From NCBI GenBank assembly GCA_963924565.1, contig OZ004608.1:35898001-35962000 (forward strand): a stretch of 64,000 nt of DNA. Reading direction: 5' to 3'. The notes under the pieces were generated by a model that saw only the letters and a program-made list of their open reading frames with translations, was not told the DNA's origin and did no database searches. Each line of letters opens with the position of its first letter. Positions within the stretch are counted from its first letter, which is position 1. The DNA is from Ascidiella aspersa (taxonomy: Eukaryota). Below are positions 48,121 through 62,089 of the stretch, one piece after another. A program made the translations under genes and the position numbers.

Positions 48121-51100
48121 AAAATGACTCTTTATATCCGAGTGATCAATCAGCCAAAGCTCCCTGTAATATCTAGGTTTATCACTACACGGTACACGGA
48201 GTTTATAACATTATCAGAACGTTTCAATAGCATAATGTAACTAAAACCATCCGACTAGGCCCGAATTGAGCTTACTGCCTAATTTTCGTACGTTGGATGA
48301 ATTAAAACCGTCTTTGCGATTTTTGTTGCTCAGGGTGTATCATTAGGTAAGATACACTAACACTTCAGTATATGTTTTTTAAAACAAGAGAATATGTGAT
48401 ACTGATCATTTGTAAGCTCTTAATCATGTGTTTAACGGTTGGATTTGCAAACAAATGTAAAAAATATGCAAATATATGTAAAAATAACGTAGCATGGACG
48501 CCTTGGTTTTAAATCGGTGAGTAGCATAGATTGTTATGGGTGCTCAAAATTTGCGCTCAATAAGTTGTCAAAAAATGCCCACGTAATTATATGCAGAGTG
48601 GTGAACGAGTCAAAATGTCTTTTTAAGTTACGATACGTTAAACAGTTGTATAAGTGTAGGAATCGTTATCTAAAGTTACGCCTGTTATTACCAATAAACA
48701 AAGTATTTTCATAACTATGGTATGATGTTCAATTTATAACGTAGCTATAAATTTTATATTATTGAACATTTTTTTTTACGGAATTTGCTTATGGAATAAG
48801 CATATCTTCCTGCTTCGAAAAGACAAAATGACATTAAAAAAAATCCCTCCCCTTGTTTTTAGGAATAATGTAATGTTTGTCAAAACATTGATCTACTGCG
48901 GGTCAAACAAACATTTTATACACAGAGGTTTTTTATCAAACCGGTCTTTGTCAGATCAACTAGGTCACGACTTTTTTGACTAAGTTAGCTAAACAAATCA
49001 ATTTAAATGAGTCTGACATACACGCATACAAACGTTAACTTCAATAGTGGAACTAGGGCTGATACACGATTTAAAATAGAATTTTACCCTTTATTTGAAT
49101 TTTAATTTCTTTAATTTGAACAGTAAAAAAAAAAAAAAAAAAGTGGGGGGGGGGGGGGCGCCAAGCAATTCAAGGGGGGCGCAAGCTCGACTTCAATATT
49201 TTAACTTTTTGCAGTGATTTTAATAGTTTCGTTTAGGTTAGGCATAATTCCTACATACAAACTCTGTTTTTTGCCAACTTTAACATTAAAACTGCACAAA
49301 CGAATCTTCTAATTCCTTTTTAGAAAATCCACGGTATCACCGCCCTATTAAATTAACTTATAGATAAACGATAAAAGCTATTGCCTTTTCGGACTATTTT
49401 TCTTGGCGAAACTATATTGTTTTTGCAATATTGCCGTCAATGTTTAATATTTGCGCTTGACATTTTTTGCGCTCGACATCATACATCTCTTACAACTGTG
49501 GAGTAAATGCCCTCGCAACACGTTCGTCAAAACCAGCTCGATAAAATCAATGTGTCGAGCTCGCGCAATTTGATGGCACTATCTCACGGCAATAAAAGAT
49601 AAGCCTACACCTTATGTGGAAAAACATTACTGACCGTAGTTTGTTTTGAATTCGTTTTCATTGTTTTTTTTGCGTTCTGGTTAAAACTCACTTCACCATT
49701 GCAAGCCAATTCTCGTTTGACCAGACAGTAGATATAAACTCACATCATAGTAACAAGAGCCAAATCACATTCTTTGTTGCTTATATAGAGGCAAACTGCT
49801 GTGCAGTAACTATTAAAGGCAACAAAGTGGGCAGGGCGTTTAAGTAACTGGATAATTACGCCACAGGCACACACACACAATGAAAGTTTTCGTCGTCTCC
49901 AACATGAATCGTTAAACAAAAACTGTTCAGAGGAACCGGAATAAAAAATGCCATGGTTTTACAAATGTTAAGAGTGAGAGAATGGCAATGTTTTAAAGTG
50001 ATACCGGTTTACAAAACACCACGTTTAGAAAGTCGCACGTAAAAAGGCGGAGATAGTAACTCTTTCTATTCAAGTGTTAAGTGTTAAAGTATTAAAATTC
50101 AGGGCGATGTGTTGGTATATCAAAATACACCAATCGTGTATTAACATTGTGAGAACCATAATAGAATTCGTTACCGTGTACAGGTCTAGTGTGCATAATT
50201 AGAGTGGATAGAGTAACCTCTTAATATCTTATTTTTTTCAAAAAGGTAACAGGAGCTGTTGCCAATTGTCGCAGACTAGTTTGTGACTGGAACCTGCGTG
50301 TTCTAGCATTGTGTGCGCTCAAACAAGTGCGCTCAAACATTGTGTGTTTAACGCCCACAAGAACTCACTGGTCCACGTTTATCAGGCAAACAAACCATCG
50401 CAACGTTAAAAATTAACTTTTAAACAAAAGTTCTTTTGTATGGCTTTGATATGTATTTCCAAAATCACCAATATCTGTTCGTACAGTATATACACTCACC
50501 ATTTTCATTTTTACAATCGCCATGGTTTCACCAAACGCTATTTACACATTTACACTTGGAAATGCGAAAAGTTACCTCGAAGCATACTTCACAAAACCTA
50601 ATTATCATAATTAGGCAATATTTTGAAATATTCATACAAAGGTGTGTGGCTACAATTGCGATTGTTTATATTTTGGTAATAATAAAGATATGAAGTCCTT
50701 TTTCTGTGCTCTGTGAAAGCAGTACAAACAAAAGTACTGTTCACTGTACATTTGCCCATCACTGAAAGGCCTACTACTATACGAGGTACAGGTTCTCAAT
50801 CTGGGATAATTTTTTTCATTTGAGGGACTTTTTAAAGTTCCAAAAGATAGTTTTGTATTTAAAAAAAACAGTTTTTTTGGTATATTGAACAAATTTAAAT
50901 AAATAACGAGGAAGTAGATATAATAGATTAAAGCTTGTCTGTTCTAGTGGGTAATTTTTTTTAAGTGTAGGTCTACGGATATAGAACACATCTTAAGAAA
51001 ATAAATTTCAGGGGAATTTTAGTTAACATAGCGGGATCGTCACCTGCGTACTAGCGATCTGCGCAGACCAGCGCTTCGACCAGCAGACCGGAGTGCTGGT

Positions 51101-51456
51101 CATCGCAATGAGAGTTCCAACTTATTATTAAACCCAAAATAAACCTTTAAAAGGGAAATAACCTGCGATTTTCGATACGTTCCAAGTGAGTAAATGCCTA
51201 TAAATATGTTTAATCGTAACCATGGCACTATTTTACGGCAATAAAAGATAAGCCTACACCTTATGTGGCAAAACATTATTGACCGTAGTTTGTTTTGAAT
51301 TCGTTTTCATTTGGTTAAAACTCACTTTGCCATTGCAAGCCAATTCTTGTTTGACCAGACAGTAGATATAAACTCACATCATAGTAACAAGAGCCAAATC
51401 ACATTCTGTGTTGCTTATATAGAGGCAAAATGCTGTGTAGTATCTATTAAAGGCAG

Positions 51457-51520
51457 TAAAGAGCAAGGGCCATTTTTACTAATTGGTTGGGAAATTAGTA
51501 AAAATGGCCCTTGCTCTTTA
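51457..51520. repeat. Perfect 28-bp inverted repeat with 8-nt loop
   Basis: TAAAGAGCAAGGGCCATTTTTACTAATT-ggttggga-AATTAGTAAAAATGGCCCTTGCTCTTTA. Confidence 0.9.
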
Positions 51521-54500
51521 GCCCTTGCTCTTCGCAAGCACACACACACAATAGTAGCTTTCGCGCTCTTCAGTGAGAATTGTTGAACAAAAATGTTTAA
51601 CAGCTGTTTGAAAGAAACTCTTGATTAGAAAAATGTTGTTAATGTACGAAGTTTCGAAGTACAAGCTGGTTTCCAAAATTACCAAAGTTGGAAGTCAATA
51701 CGTTGATAGGCGGTTAAACTTCAGGGGCTCTTAGACTGGGGTACATGGACCCCTTGGGTGTACGTGAAGTGGTTTTATGAGGTCCATCAAGGCCCAACTG
51801 AAATATTAATGTAAATTTGAGTCATCATTTTTTAACAAAAAGTGTTAAATTAAACATAAAACGATTTTGCACTGAATGCATATTTAGACTCCATTGCGCT
51901 TACACATTTTTTTGAACCGGAAACAGCAGATTTTTGAAATCTATTTGTATTGTGACATCAATTTATGACGTCATCTTTAAAATTCCTTGCCTACGCTGGT
52001 CGGCGCGAAGCAAAAATATTTTTTAGGGGTCTGCGGTAAAAATAGTTCAAGAACCCCTGAAATCACTCTTTATATCCGAGTGATCAATCAGCCAAAGCTT
52101 ACTGTAATATCTAGGTTTATCACTACACGGTACACGGAGTTTACAACATTATCAGAACGTTTCAATAGCAAAATGTAACTAAAACTATCCGACTAGGGCC
52201 GAATTGAGCTTACTGCCTAATTTTCGTATGTTAGATGAATTAAAACCGTCTTTGCGATTTTTGTTGTTAAGGGTGGATCATTAGTACAAGTTGGGAATGT
52301 TGAAAATAAATAAAAATTTATTAATAATGTTAACAAAACGCTATCTATGTTTAAGGAGTAATTCATTATATGTCAAACTATAACCTTCGGTGCTTTCAAG
52401 TTTATATTAGTTTTAGCCAGTTGTTGAGTGACAATATTGATTTAAAAAATGTAAAAATCTTAACAAATTCTCATGTTTTTGGTAAAATTTATGTTTTGTC
52501 TTGTTAGTTCTCATTACACATCACATATTCCATGAGACAAAAGTGGTCCAGAATGTATGTATTATTTTGTGGCTTGCATTGATTCTTGCTCTTTAAATCA
52601 TTCCGATAAAAATATACCACTTAGCTGTTGTTCCATGTTTGTTTTTTTGCAGGAATTTTTTTTATTTTTTACAGTAGAAAAGTCTTCAGGAAATATTTAC
52701 AGGTTAACACACATCTATATTATAGAATCTAAGTAATATGAGATACTCAAATCAGCAACAACAATTATATTGTTAGTTTAATATCAAACTAGTTACATGC
52801 AAAAAAGAAACTTGCACTGTTATTCATCAATATTATTATTTGTCATAAATTCATGCATTGTTGAAATTCTGATATTTATTAAAAAATAACTATACTCATG
52901 TAGTTTAAGTGGAATTACTTGCAGGCTTTACTTAAATGGTTTAGTGATAAATTCCAGTTCAAAAAATCTAGGTGTGTTCCTGCAATCAAAATTATTCGAC
53001 TAAACCTATTAACAGTCACAGTGCGGACTAAACCGGTGCTGGTCTAGAGGTTAGGGTGGGTCAAGTTTTATTTTTAAATAAAGAATATAACAATACTTGA
53101 CCCACCCACACCCAAACTCGCACCCTAACTCAAATTTTGTGCGTTGATTTTATAACTGTAGTAGGAGTCTAGTGGCCAATGTTTGTTAGTGGATGACACA
53201 GACAAACACCATATAAAACACAGCAACTAATTCAGGACATCCATGAGATATTAAAAGCAATTAAATAAAATACCTGATTCTACTTATGCATATAGCTTCA
53301 ATTAAACCTTACTACTACCTGCTGCTGTTACTATTATACGAAAATAAATGCTAAGAAATGTTGTTGTCAGAACAGCGTTACCAACCAGCATAGTTAAATG
53401 TACATAATAAATACATTAACTAGACTGATCAAAAAGGCCATTCCAATGATTTGTATATCATATAAGTTGATTTTACCTAACTTGACGTTGCCTTGTTGCA
53501 ATAAAAACAAATATTTTCTGGTGCCAGTAAAAACGAAGTATATTTTTATCAGCAGGAGCTAAAATCAAGTTATTCTGCTTTATTCGTATTGTGTATAGTA
53601 CCAAGCATACCAATACATCACTAATGACTAATTCCTTAAAATTCGGTAAAATAATCACCAAATATTGCCATAAAGACAATTTTAAGATACCTCTCCCATA
53701 AGCCGCAATGCAAAATTTGCGCACTTTAGGAACCTTAGAAGATGGCGTAGAAACCTTCTAATTGGCTTCAATTTTCAACCACTAGTTGCGCTATCCAGGT
53801 TTCATAGAGATCAGTGAAATTAATGCCGAGCTGCTTTTTCTATCGTTCGTTTCTTATGGTATCATCCGAACTAATCAAAATTGGTTAAATATTTCAACAA
53901 ACAAATAAGGATTTCATCGGAAGACTTTCATATAACGGGTTGGGTAAAATCAACAGAAGACCCTTAATTGAATTAAAACGGACGAATTAGCCTAAAAATA
54001 CCCATGTTCATTTTAAGTGAAGGGTTATAATTGTTAAAGTTAAACGTCTTTTTTATTTGAGGGACATTTTAAAGTTCCAAAATAATTTTTGTATTTAAAA
54101 AAGCCTTTTTTTTGGTATATTGAACACATTTAACCTGCAATTTGCGATACGTTCCAAGTTATTGAATGCCTGTGAATAGGTTTATTGCAACCCTGACAGA
54201 GAAACGTTCATAAACGGTATTTTTGGTAGCCTTAACAATTTTTTTAGGATTGTACGATTGGACTATAGAAGAGCCACAAAAACTTGCCGAAGAGCCGCAG
54301 TTCGCCCAACCCCTGATTTATAAGGTGATCGTAATGTTGTTGTTACCCTTGTACAAGTGCTTTGACCTAATTTAACACGAACTGTTTTTGATTTTGTTTC
54401 TGAATTGTTTCGCGTTGAGCATCATCGCTATAAATAGTCGCTTAAATTAATGAGGTTAAACATGGCGCGTGGGGGGGGGGGTTGTAATCCGCGCCTTTTG

Positions 54501-57500
54501 TTGTAAATCCGCGCCATCAACTAAATGTTGGTAAAACTAAGGCCCTATGAAAACTTTTGCTTTATGTAACGATCGTTATAGTCGCGATTCGGTGGTAAGC
54601 ATGTAACACTTGGTATGGCTTTTTAACGGAAATCAATAAAGGATTGAAGAAACGTATATGTTTTTCGGTATGATGTTATGTTTTTGATTAGACTGTAATT
54701 AACTTTATTTAAATCGTAGTAATTGATTCAGGTGCGTAATACTTATTAGATTGTATACTGGTTAAAATGTTGTATTTGTCAGGTCATTTTCGTATTAATA
54801 ATTTAATCTAAAACCGAAATTCAGAATTCACATACGGCTTTAGTTTAGGTGACAAATTAAATTAGATACGAGAGAGCCGTACCATTAAGATCCAGACCGG
54901 CGGGCCTCTGTTAAAAAAAATTGTTAAAAAAACCTCTTACACAAATTAAAATTCACGAAATTATTTTTCAAAAAGCTAGGAACGGACTGGGGATATTTGC
55001 AAGAGTCTCCCCCTCAGCCTACATGTTCGGAAACAGAATCTTATTATATATTGACCTCACCTAATGGCCATGCGCAGATACTTAAGGGCCGAGATCTTTT
55101 TAAATATTGCACAATGTACGCCTGTTCCAAATGTGTGATGTTACATTTATTAGTCTTTGATTGACGGCCTATTGATTTCGTTGGCGCTACAAGAATGTGT
55201 CCAGTATTTGTGATTCAACAGGACGCAAAAACATAATAACTTAAAGTGTAAAACACTAAAAATACAACCAAACAAAATTCAAAGTTGCCTTTAATGTTTT
55301 CTCGAAGGATTTTCAGCACTACTGATTTATCTTAGCCCAACAACCCATTATGATGGCAGACTTGTACTCACACGGGCATACAACAGTGCAAATACCTTAG
55401 ACTATTTGTGATATAAAGATGACAACCAGGAGAAAGGCACTGGAATTAAGGAAAAAATAAGCACAGGAATTAGGAAATAATGATCGTGTCGTATATTATG
55501 AAACTTGACATTACTTGCACGCCTTACACCGCCCATGAGTAAACACGTGATATGCCGACCTAGCAAAATGGCGCCATCACGTTTTACTTAAGTCCGCCGC
55601 AACAATCAACATCATCATAAGCAAACATGCTAGCCAACAATATTCGTGTTTAGTCCTAAGGCACATAACGCTGTTGAGAAGCACAATCGTCCATGTGTGC
55701 ACACCTCAAAAACGACAAGGCTGTGTTTGAGGAAACAAACGGTCGGTGAATATTAGGCGAAGAATTTCTTTTCAAACAACATACATGTAAACTTTGGGTT
55801 CAGTCAATCAGAACGACCTTGAAATCGAGCAGGGTCGTAATGTTGTGTACTATCTTTTGCGAATCTCACGTTACTGTTATTTTTCCTTGCACCACCCATG
55901 TCACGTTGCCATGCGCAAAATATAAATGCTTTTCGCGCCGATTCTGTAAAATGATACAAACAATCATTTTCGAAAAATGGTTTAAAGCATTCATTTTAAA
56001 ATTCCAATATTTCGGATTAACAAAGTCACTTCGGTGGTGTTACGTGTTTATCAACACAGTAAACACCTAAATTTGTTAATTGTCATAAGCATATTAGCTC
56101 AAAGTTCCACTAGCAATAACACCGTAGCAGTTGCGTCCATATTTTTGAGTGTTTTTTTAAGTAATTCGATCTGCAATTAGAATTGCAAAAAACTAATTTT
56201 AAGTAAAATATTGTCTATAAACAGAACTTTTACTGCTCTAAAATAGTATTTTATATTGATCGCTTTAAAAAAAAGCAATGAAATAAACTCTTTATCTCCT
56301 CTAGCCGTAACTTGGTTTTATTCAGATTTGTCACTATATCATTTTACTTGATGCTGAAACGTGTGGCCTCCGTGGCGGCACCTGCTCCCTATAGTGGTGA
56401 CAGGTTGTCAGAGGACTGGGCTCACACTACTGCTTGCTCAGAAATTACCGGCCTCCTTCTTGGCTAATGGGAAGAACCCAGGCGCAACCCTTGGCAATTT
56501 CTTTACTTCGACTTACTTTCTCTTAGATATCTCTTAGATAAGTTCACCACTGGAGGAAAATAAATGATTAACCATGTACACGAACTTAAATCTGTGGTCA
56601 ACCCCTGGGTAACGATCAACATATTGAAACTTACTTCAATCTTGCCTTAACGGAGGTTTACCACAATATTCAGGAGTGAAAACGATTTTGACGCAAAGTT
56701 AAGGTTGAAAACTCAAAGGTTTGTTTATATAAACTACATGCTAATTTTTTTTGTTAGTTTTTCATTTATCTTTGCAACCTTGGTATTCTTCTTATAACAA
56801 CCGACTTTGCAGATTTTCTATTTCGCTGCTAAAATACAATATACCGTTCAATTGTGGCTTTGTGTCTTGTTTGAAAAAAACACAGTTTTGCCAGCGAAGG
56901 CTACGTGCTAAATGTTTAATGTTACCCTTATCGCGAGATCTATTCACGTTAAAAAAGGGAAACTGGATAAAAAATCGATATTTAAAAATGATAAATCCAC
57001 TGTCGTATGTGTTTATCGATCAATGAAGCAATGAAACGCTCACGATATAATACTTCACATTTTAAAGAAAAAATGTAGCGTCCACAGCAACACAGTGCCC
57101 TTAGCAACCAAGTTTACAAACTAGCGAAAGATTAAATATGTTGGCAAAAAAAACTATCCTGTTCTGCGCCATGATTAACTAATACGTTTATTTTCAGTGT
57201 GGGTTTTTGTTCTTACACAAACGCCATCAAAATTTAGTGCCTTGTTAAAGGTCGCATTTATCTAATTCTTTATCTGTAAATCAGGTGACACTGTTGAACG
57301 AACTTACATTGTAATGTATTTCGATTCGAGTAAGATGTTTTGTCTTAAAGGTAATCTTAAGAGTATTAATATAGTACGGGGTTTTCCTGTCATGTTTTGA
57401 TAACATTTACTCTATTTGCAAACTCCATTTGGCCAGGATTTGTTTGTTTTTACAAAAAATAGTTGGGTAGAGCAGTTTTGTACGTTTGGACATTCTTATA

Positions 57501-60500
57501 TGTCCAGTTGTTAAATTGGACTTTGTTTACCGATTTTAATAAAACACACAAATGGTTTTGCCGTTAGATGACGTAAGTGAGTTAATTGGAGGTTTTTTAC
57601 ATGGTGGCGCTAGAGGGTAAACAAGGCTTGGATCTTCCCTTCCAAGGCGGGCTTAAGGTCCAACTAACTGCGCCGCGTATGACATAAAGGAATTAGCAAA
57701 ACGCGACGAAAAAAACACAAGTACAAGAGGGAAAAATATTATTTTTTTTAAATAGTTTAAAATGTGCGTGATCTGGTTACATTAACATCTAAGAAAACGT
57801 TTGTGTATGAAGCAAAGTGCACAATAAAATATGTGACAACAGACCCGCTATGCGCATTTTTTCCGTGACTTTTTTAATTTTTTTTTGTCTAGCGCAAGCA
57901 AAAAACAAATTAAAAGTTTTTTTACTAATATTTGATCTCCAGTCGTTTTCTGGCAATTACTTTTTTGCAAGGATTTTTAAATATAATACCTTAAAGGCCC
58001 ATTTTTACTCCTCCAAAGTTTGGAAAAAGTGCTCAAGTTAGTTTTATCCGAGCTACGTACGACCAAAAAAGTGACCAAATTAGTTTTATTTTCAGGTTAA
58101 AAAAAAGTTTTCCATTCCTATTCAAGTGGCAAAACGCGCCGCGACGTATCGCGTTTTTCGCTTTCGAATCAATGATTTCTTTGTTATGTAACTTTTGTAA
58201 CGAAAGTAACGCTTCTCCAACCTAAAACGTTAACAAAATAAACGAACTCTGTTTTAAGGTTGTACATTCACCCCGGACACGGACCTTTCGTTCCTGTAAA
58301 AATTAGCATCTAAAAAACCCATTTATTTGCAATAACGTTACACTTACAATATATATTTGTATGCTATGTATTTGTATGAAGAAAGTCGTATCAATTTGAC
58401 ATATGGCTAAGTTCATTGCGCAATTAATATATATAGGCTTATATTTAATATACCCATTAACGTTTCCGCTTTTTACGACTCAAATGTTACCACCAGTAAT
58501 TTAAGTTCTTCTGCGCGAAGACAACACGTAAAATTGTTTCAGCATAGTGTTACTAAACACCAGGGTTGTCAAAAGTTCAGTCCAACTGAGCGTCGGATGA
58601 CATAATTTGAACATGTTAGAGGCGAAAAGAAAGGCGAAAAGAAAAAAAATATATTATAGAGGCCAAATAAATATTTAGGTTGAATTTGTAAAATAACCGT
58701 TACACTTCCACAACTTCTTGACGTACCGCAATAAATGTTGAAAAAACGCTTGGCTTTTATTTGCAAGTTAAGAAAGAATAAGCTTTAATATTGTGTCGTG
58801 TTTCGATTTTACTATTTGAAATGTGTAACTCTTATTGCCTCTAGCTGCTACAGTGTATAGCATTCGAGCGCCGCTAGCTGTCGCTGTTTTTCCTATTTCG
58901 CCACTGTAATTATTAACCCGTGACGCGTGTTTGTTTTGCAATACCTCTTGACTTTTGAATTTTGCAACTACGCAATAAAGCAGAATAGATCATAGAAATG
59001 ATACAAAATGTAGAAATTAAAGTTGTTAAAACTAACCCTGACACACCCGACCTCAAAACTTATAAATAAAGAAAAATCCTATCAACGTTGTTGGAAAATT
59101 TTGAATCCAATATACAACACTAATGGGTGTATGCGTGTGATTTTGTTCTTACACAAATGTCACCAAAATTTAATGCTTTGTTAAAGGCCACATTTATCGA
59201 ATTCTTTATCTGTAAATCAGGTGACACTGTTGAACGAAATTACATTGTAATGTATTTCGATTCGAGTAAGATGTTTTATCTAAAATCGGTAGTCTTAAGG
59301 GTATTAAGATAGTACGGGGTTTTCCTGTCATGTTTTGATATTATTTACTCTATTTGTAAACTCCATTTGGCCAGGTATTGTGTTTTACAAAACATAGTTG
59401 TGTAGAGCAGTTTTGTACGTTTGGACATTTTTATATGTCCAGTTGTTAAATTGGCGTTTGAGTGCCGATTTTAATAAAACACACAAAATGTTTGCCGTTA
59501 GACGGCGTAAGTGAGCTGCTAATTGGAGTGCGTTTTTACATGGTGGCGCTAGAGGGTAAACAAAGCTTGGTTCAGTAAGATCTTCCCTTCCAAGGCGGGC
59601 TTAAGGTCCAACTAACTGTGCCGCGTATGACATGAATCCAATCATGAGGCTTTATGAACTTAGACCCTTCTTAAAAATATTAGTTTTTACTTTTAAGGTT
59701 GTAAACGTGTGTTTATAAATTTGTAGATGTCAAGGGTTGACATTCGCTAATACTTTGGAGGTTAGATAGTGGTGGCTCTTGGGTAACAAAATAAATAGAT
59801 CGACGTTTATTTTGTGACGTTAAGTGCTTTTTTAAGGTAAAGCTTGTCATTTCTTTACCGATTTAATATAGCATACACAAAAAGGTTTAGCCGGTAAAAA
59901 AATACGTGGAAGCCACCCTTATTTAAAAAAATAAAATTCACACGTTATACTCGTTACTATCTAAAACTTTTACACTTCCCTTGTAAAAACTAAAAACAGA
60001 CTGGACGTCTTTTGCAAAATAACATGCTGGCTGTTCACCTTTTCTATTACTTTATTAAAGACAAACTACACAACCTGACACAAGCTTATCTCAAATATTC
60101 TAAAATTCTCTTTCCATCGCATCTGATGACTGAACAACCTGATCTGAAGTTGGCAGCCTTTGTTGCAAATTTTAGTTAATTATTTACTACGACCCCTTTT
60201 GTCGGCAGGTATTTCCCCCGAAACGAGCTTAATACATTCTTTACGTGGAAGGCGCGCACTACCGCGCCTAATAAGTGATTGTGCCTATGCGATGCGTTGC
60301 GCCTTTATGCGCGCGCAAAAACGAAAAATGGAGCTGTAGCAAAAGGGAAAAAATCTTACACTATTGGTAAACCCGTCCTGTTGGCCATGTGTGTCATTCC
60401 CTGAAGAAGGCTTTCCGAATAGTAAGCCGAAACGTTGGTTTAACAAATATATACTAGAAGAACTTATTTTTATGATACTATGCCTTATAGAAACAGCATA

Positions 60501-61997
60501 TTATTCACCCTACTTGTTATAATGGTCGCCACATTCACCTTCTTTATTTGTGGGTATACTGTAACCATACTGTAACCGTTTAACTATCTTTATTCACATA
60601 TTTTGCTTTTTTACTTCATTAAAATAAACCAAAATCTAACATGTGAGTTCGGCGAAATGCCAAGTTAATGTCAATAAGCTGACAGACAAGTTACCAGGTC
60701 GTTGTATTGTAATGAAACTTTCCCTGTGACTTACCAACCTCCTGACTTGCTAACAAACCTTGTAGTGTTTTTTAGTGTTTCACACAATAGTAGCTTTCGC
60801 GGTCTTCAGTAAGAATCGTTGAACAAAAATGTCTAACAGCTGTTTGAAAGAAACTCTTGATTAGAAAAATGTTGTTAATGCACGAAGTTTGGAAGAACAA
60901 GCTGGTTTCCAAAATTACCAAAGTTGGAAGTTAATACGTTAATAGGCGGTTAAACTTCAGGGGCTCTTAGACTGGGGTACATGGACCCCTCGGGTGTACG
61001 TGAACTAGTTTTATGAGGTCCATGAAGGCCCAATTGAAATATTAGTGTAAATTTGAGTAATCATTTTTTAACAAAAAGTGTTAAATTATACATGAAACGA
61101 TTTTGCACTGATTGCATATTTAAACTCCATTGCGCTTACACATTTTGTTGAACCGGAAACAGCAGATTTGTGAAATCTATTTGTGTTGTGACACCAATTT
61201 ATGACGTCATCTCTAAAATTTCTTGCCTATACTGGTCCATGCGAAGCAAAAATATTTTTTAGGGGCCTGCGGTAAAAAAAAGTTCAAGAACCCCTGAAAT
61301 CACTCTTTATATCCGAGTGATCAATCAGCCAAAGCTCACTGTAATATCTAGGTTTATCACTACACGGTACACGGAGTTTATAACATTATCAGAACGTTTC
61401 AATAGCAAAATGTAACTAAAACTATCCGACTAGGGCCGAATTGAGCTTACTGCCTAAGTTTCGTATGTTAGATGAATTAAAACCGTCTTTGCGATTTTTG
61501 TTGTTCAGGGTGGATCATTAGGTAAGGTACACTAACACTTCAGTATATGTTTTTTTAAACAAGAGAATATGTGATACTGATCATTTGTAAGCTCTTAATC
61601 ATGTGTTTAACGGTTGGATTTGCAAACAAATGTAAAAAAAACACGCAAACATATGTAAAAAATAACGTAGCATGAACGCCTTGGTTTTATATCAGTGTGT
61701 AGCATAGATTGTTACGGGTGCTCAAAATTTGCGCTAAATAAGTTGTCAAAAAATGACCCCTGAATTATATGCAGAGTGGTGAACGAATTAAAATGTCTTT
61801 TAAGTTTCGTTAAACAACTGTACAAATGTAGGAATTTATGTGGAAATATCACCTTAAAGCCTACGCATCAACAGAAATGTAACAGTCAACTTCAATATGA
61901 GCTCGTGCGTCGATAGCGAGATTGCTCAAATTTGCGAGGTGTGTGTCGCCCTATGCCACCCTAAAGTAAATAAAGTTGCACACGGAACTAACAATAA

Positions 61998-62089
61998 GCT
62001 ACCACAGCACTAGGCTAACATAGCACTAGGCTACCACAGCACTAGGCTAACATAGCACTAGGCTAGCATAGCACTAGGCTAACATAGCA
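61998..62089. repeat. 16-bp minisatellite (AGCACTAGGCTAACAT / AGCACTAGGCTACCAC), ~5.5 units
   Basis: Directly visible tandem units with a constant AGCACTAGGCTA core. Confidence 0.9.

Noticed and set aside
49125-49158. Poly-A followed by poly-G run as a retrocopy tail or G-quadruplex element
   Set aside because: No upstream processed ORF or TSD. Homopolymer lengths are unreliable, and the run is likely part of a MITE.
56360-56500. HDV-like ribozyme suggested by GCCTCCTTCTTGGC and TGGCTAATGGGA
   Set aside because: I could not build consistent P1/P2 pairings by eye. It would need an Infernal or RNArobo search.
61998-62089. CRISPR-like repeat-spacer array
   Set aside because: Eukaryotic context, 4-nt recurring spacers and no cas genes. 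It is an ordinary minisatellite.
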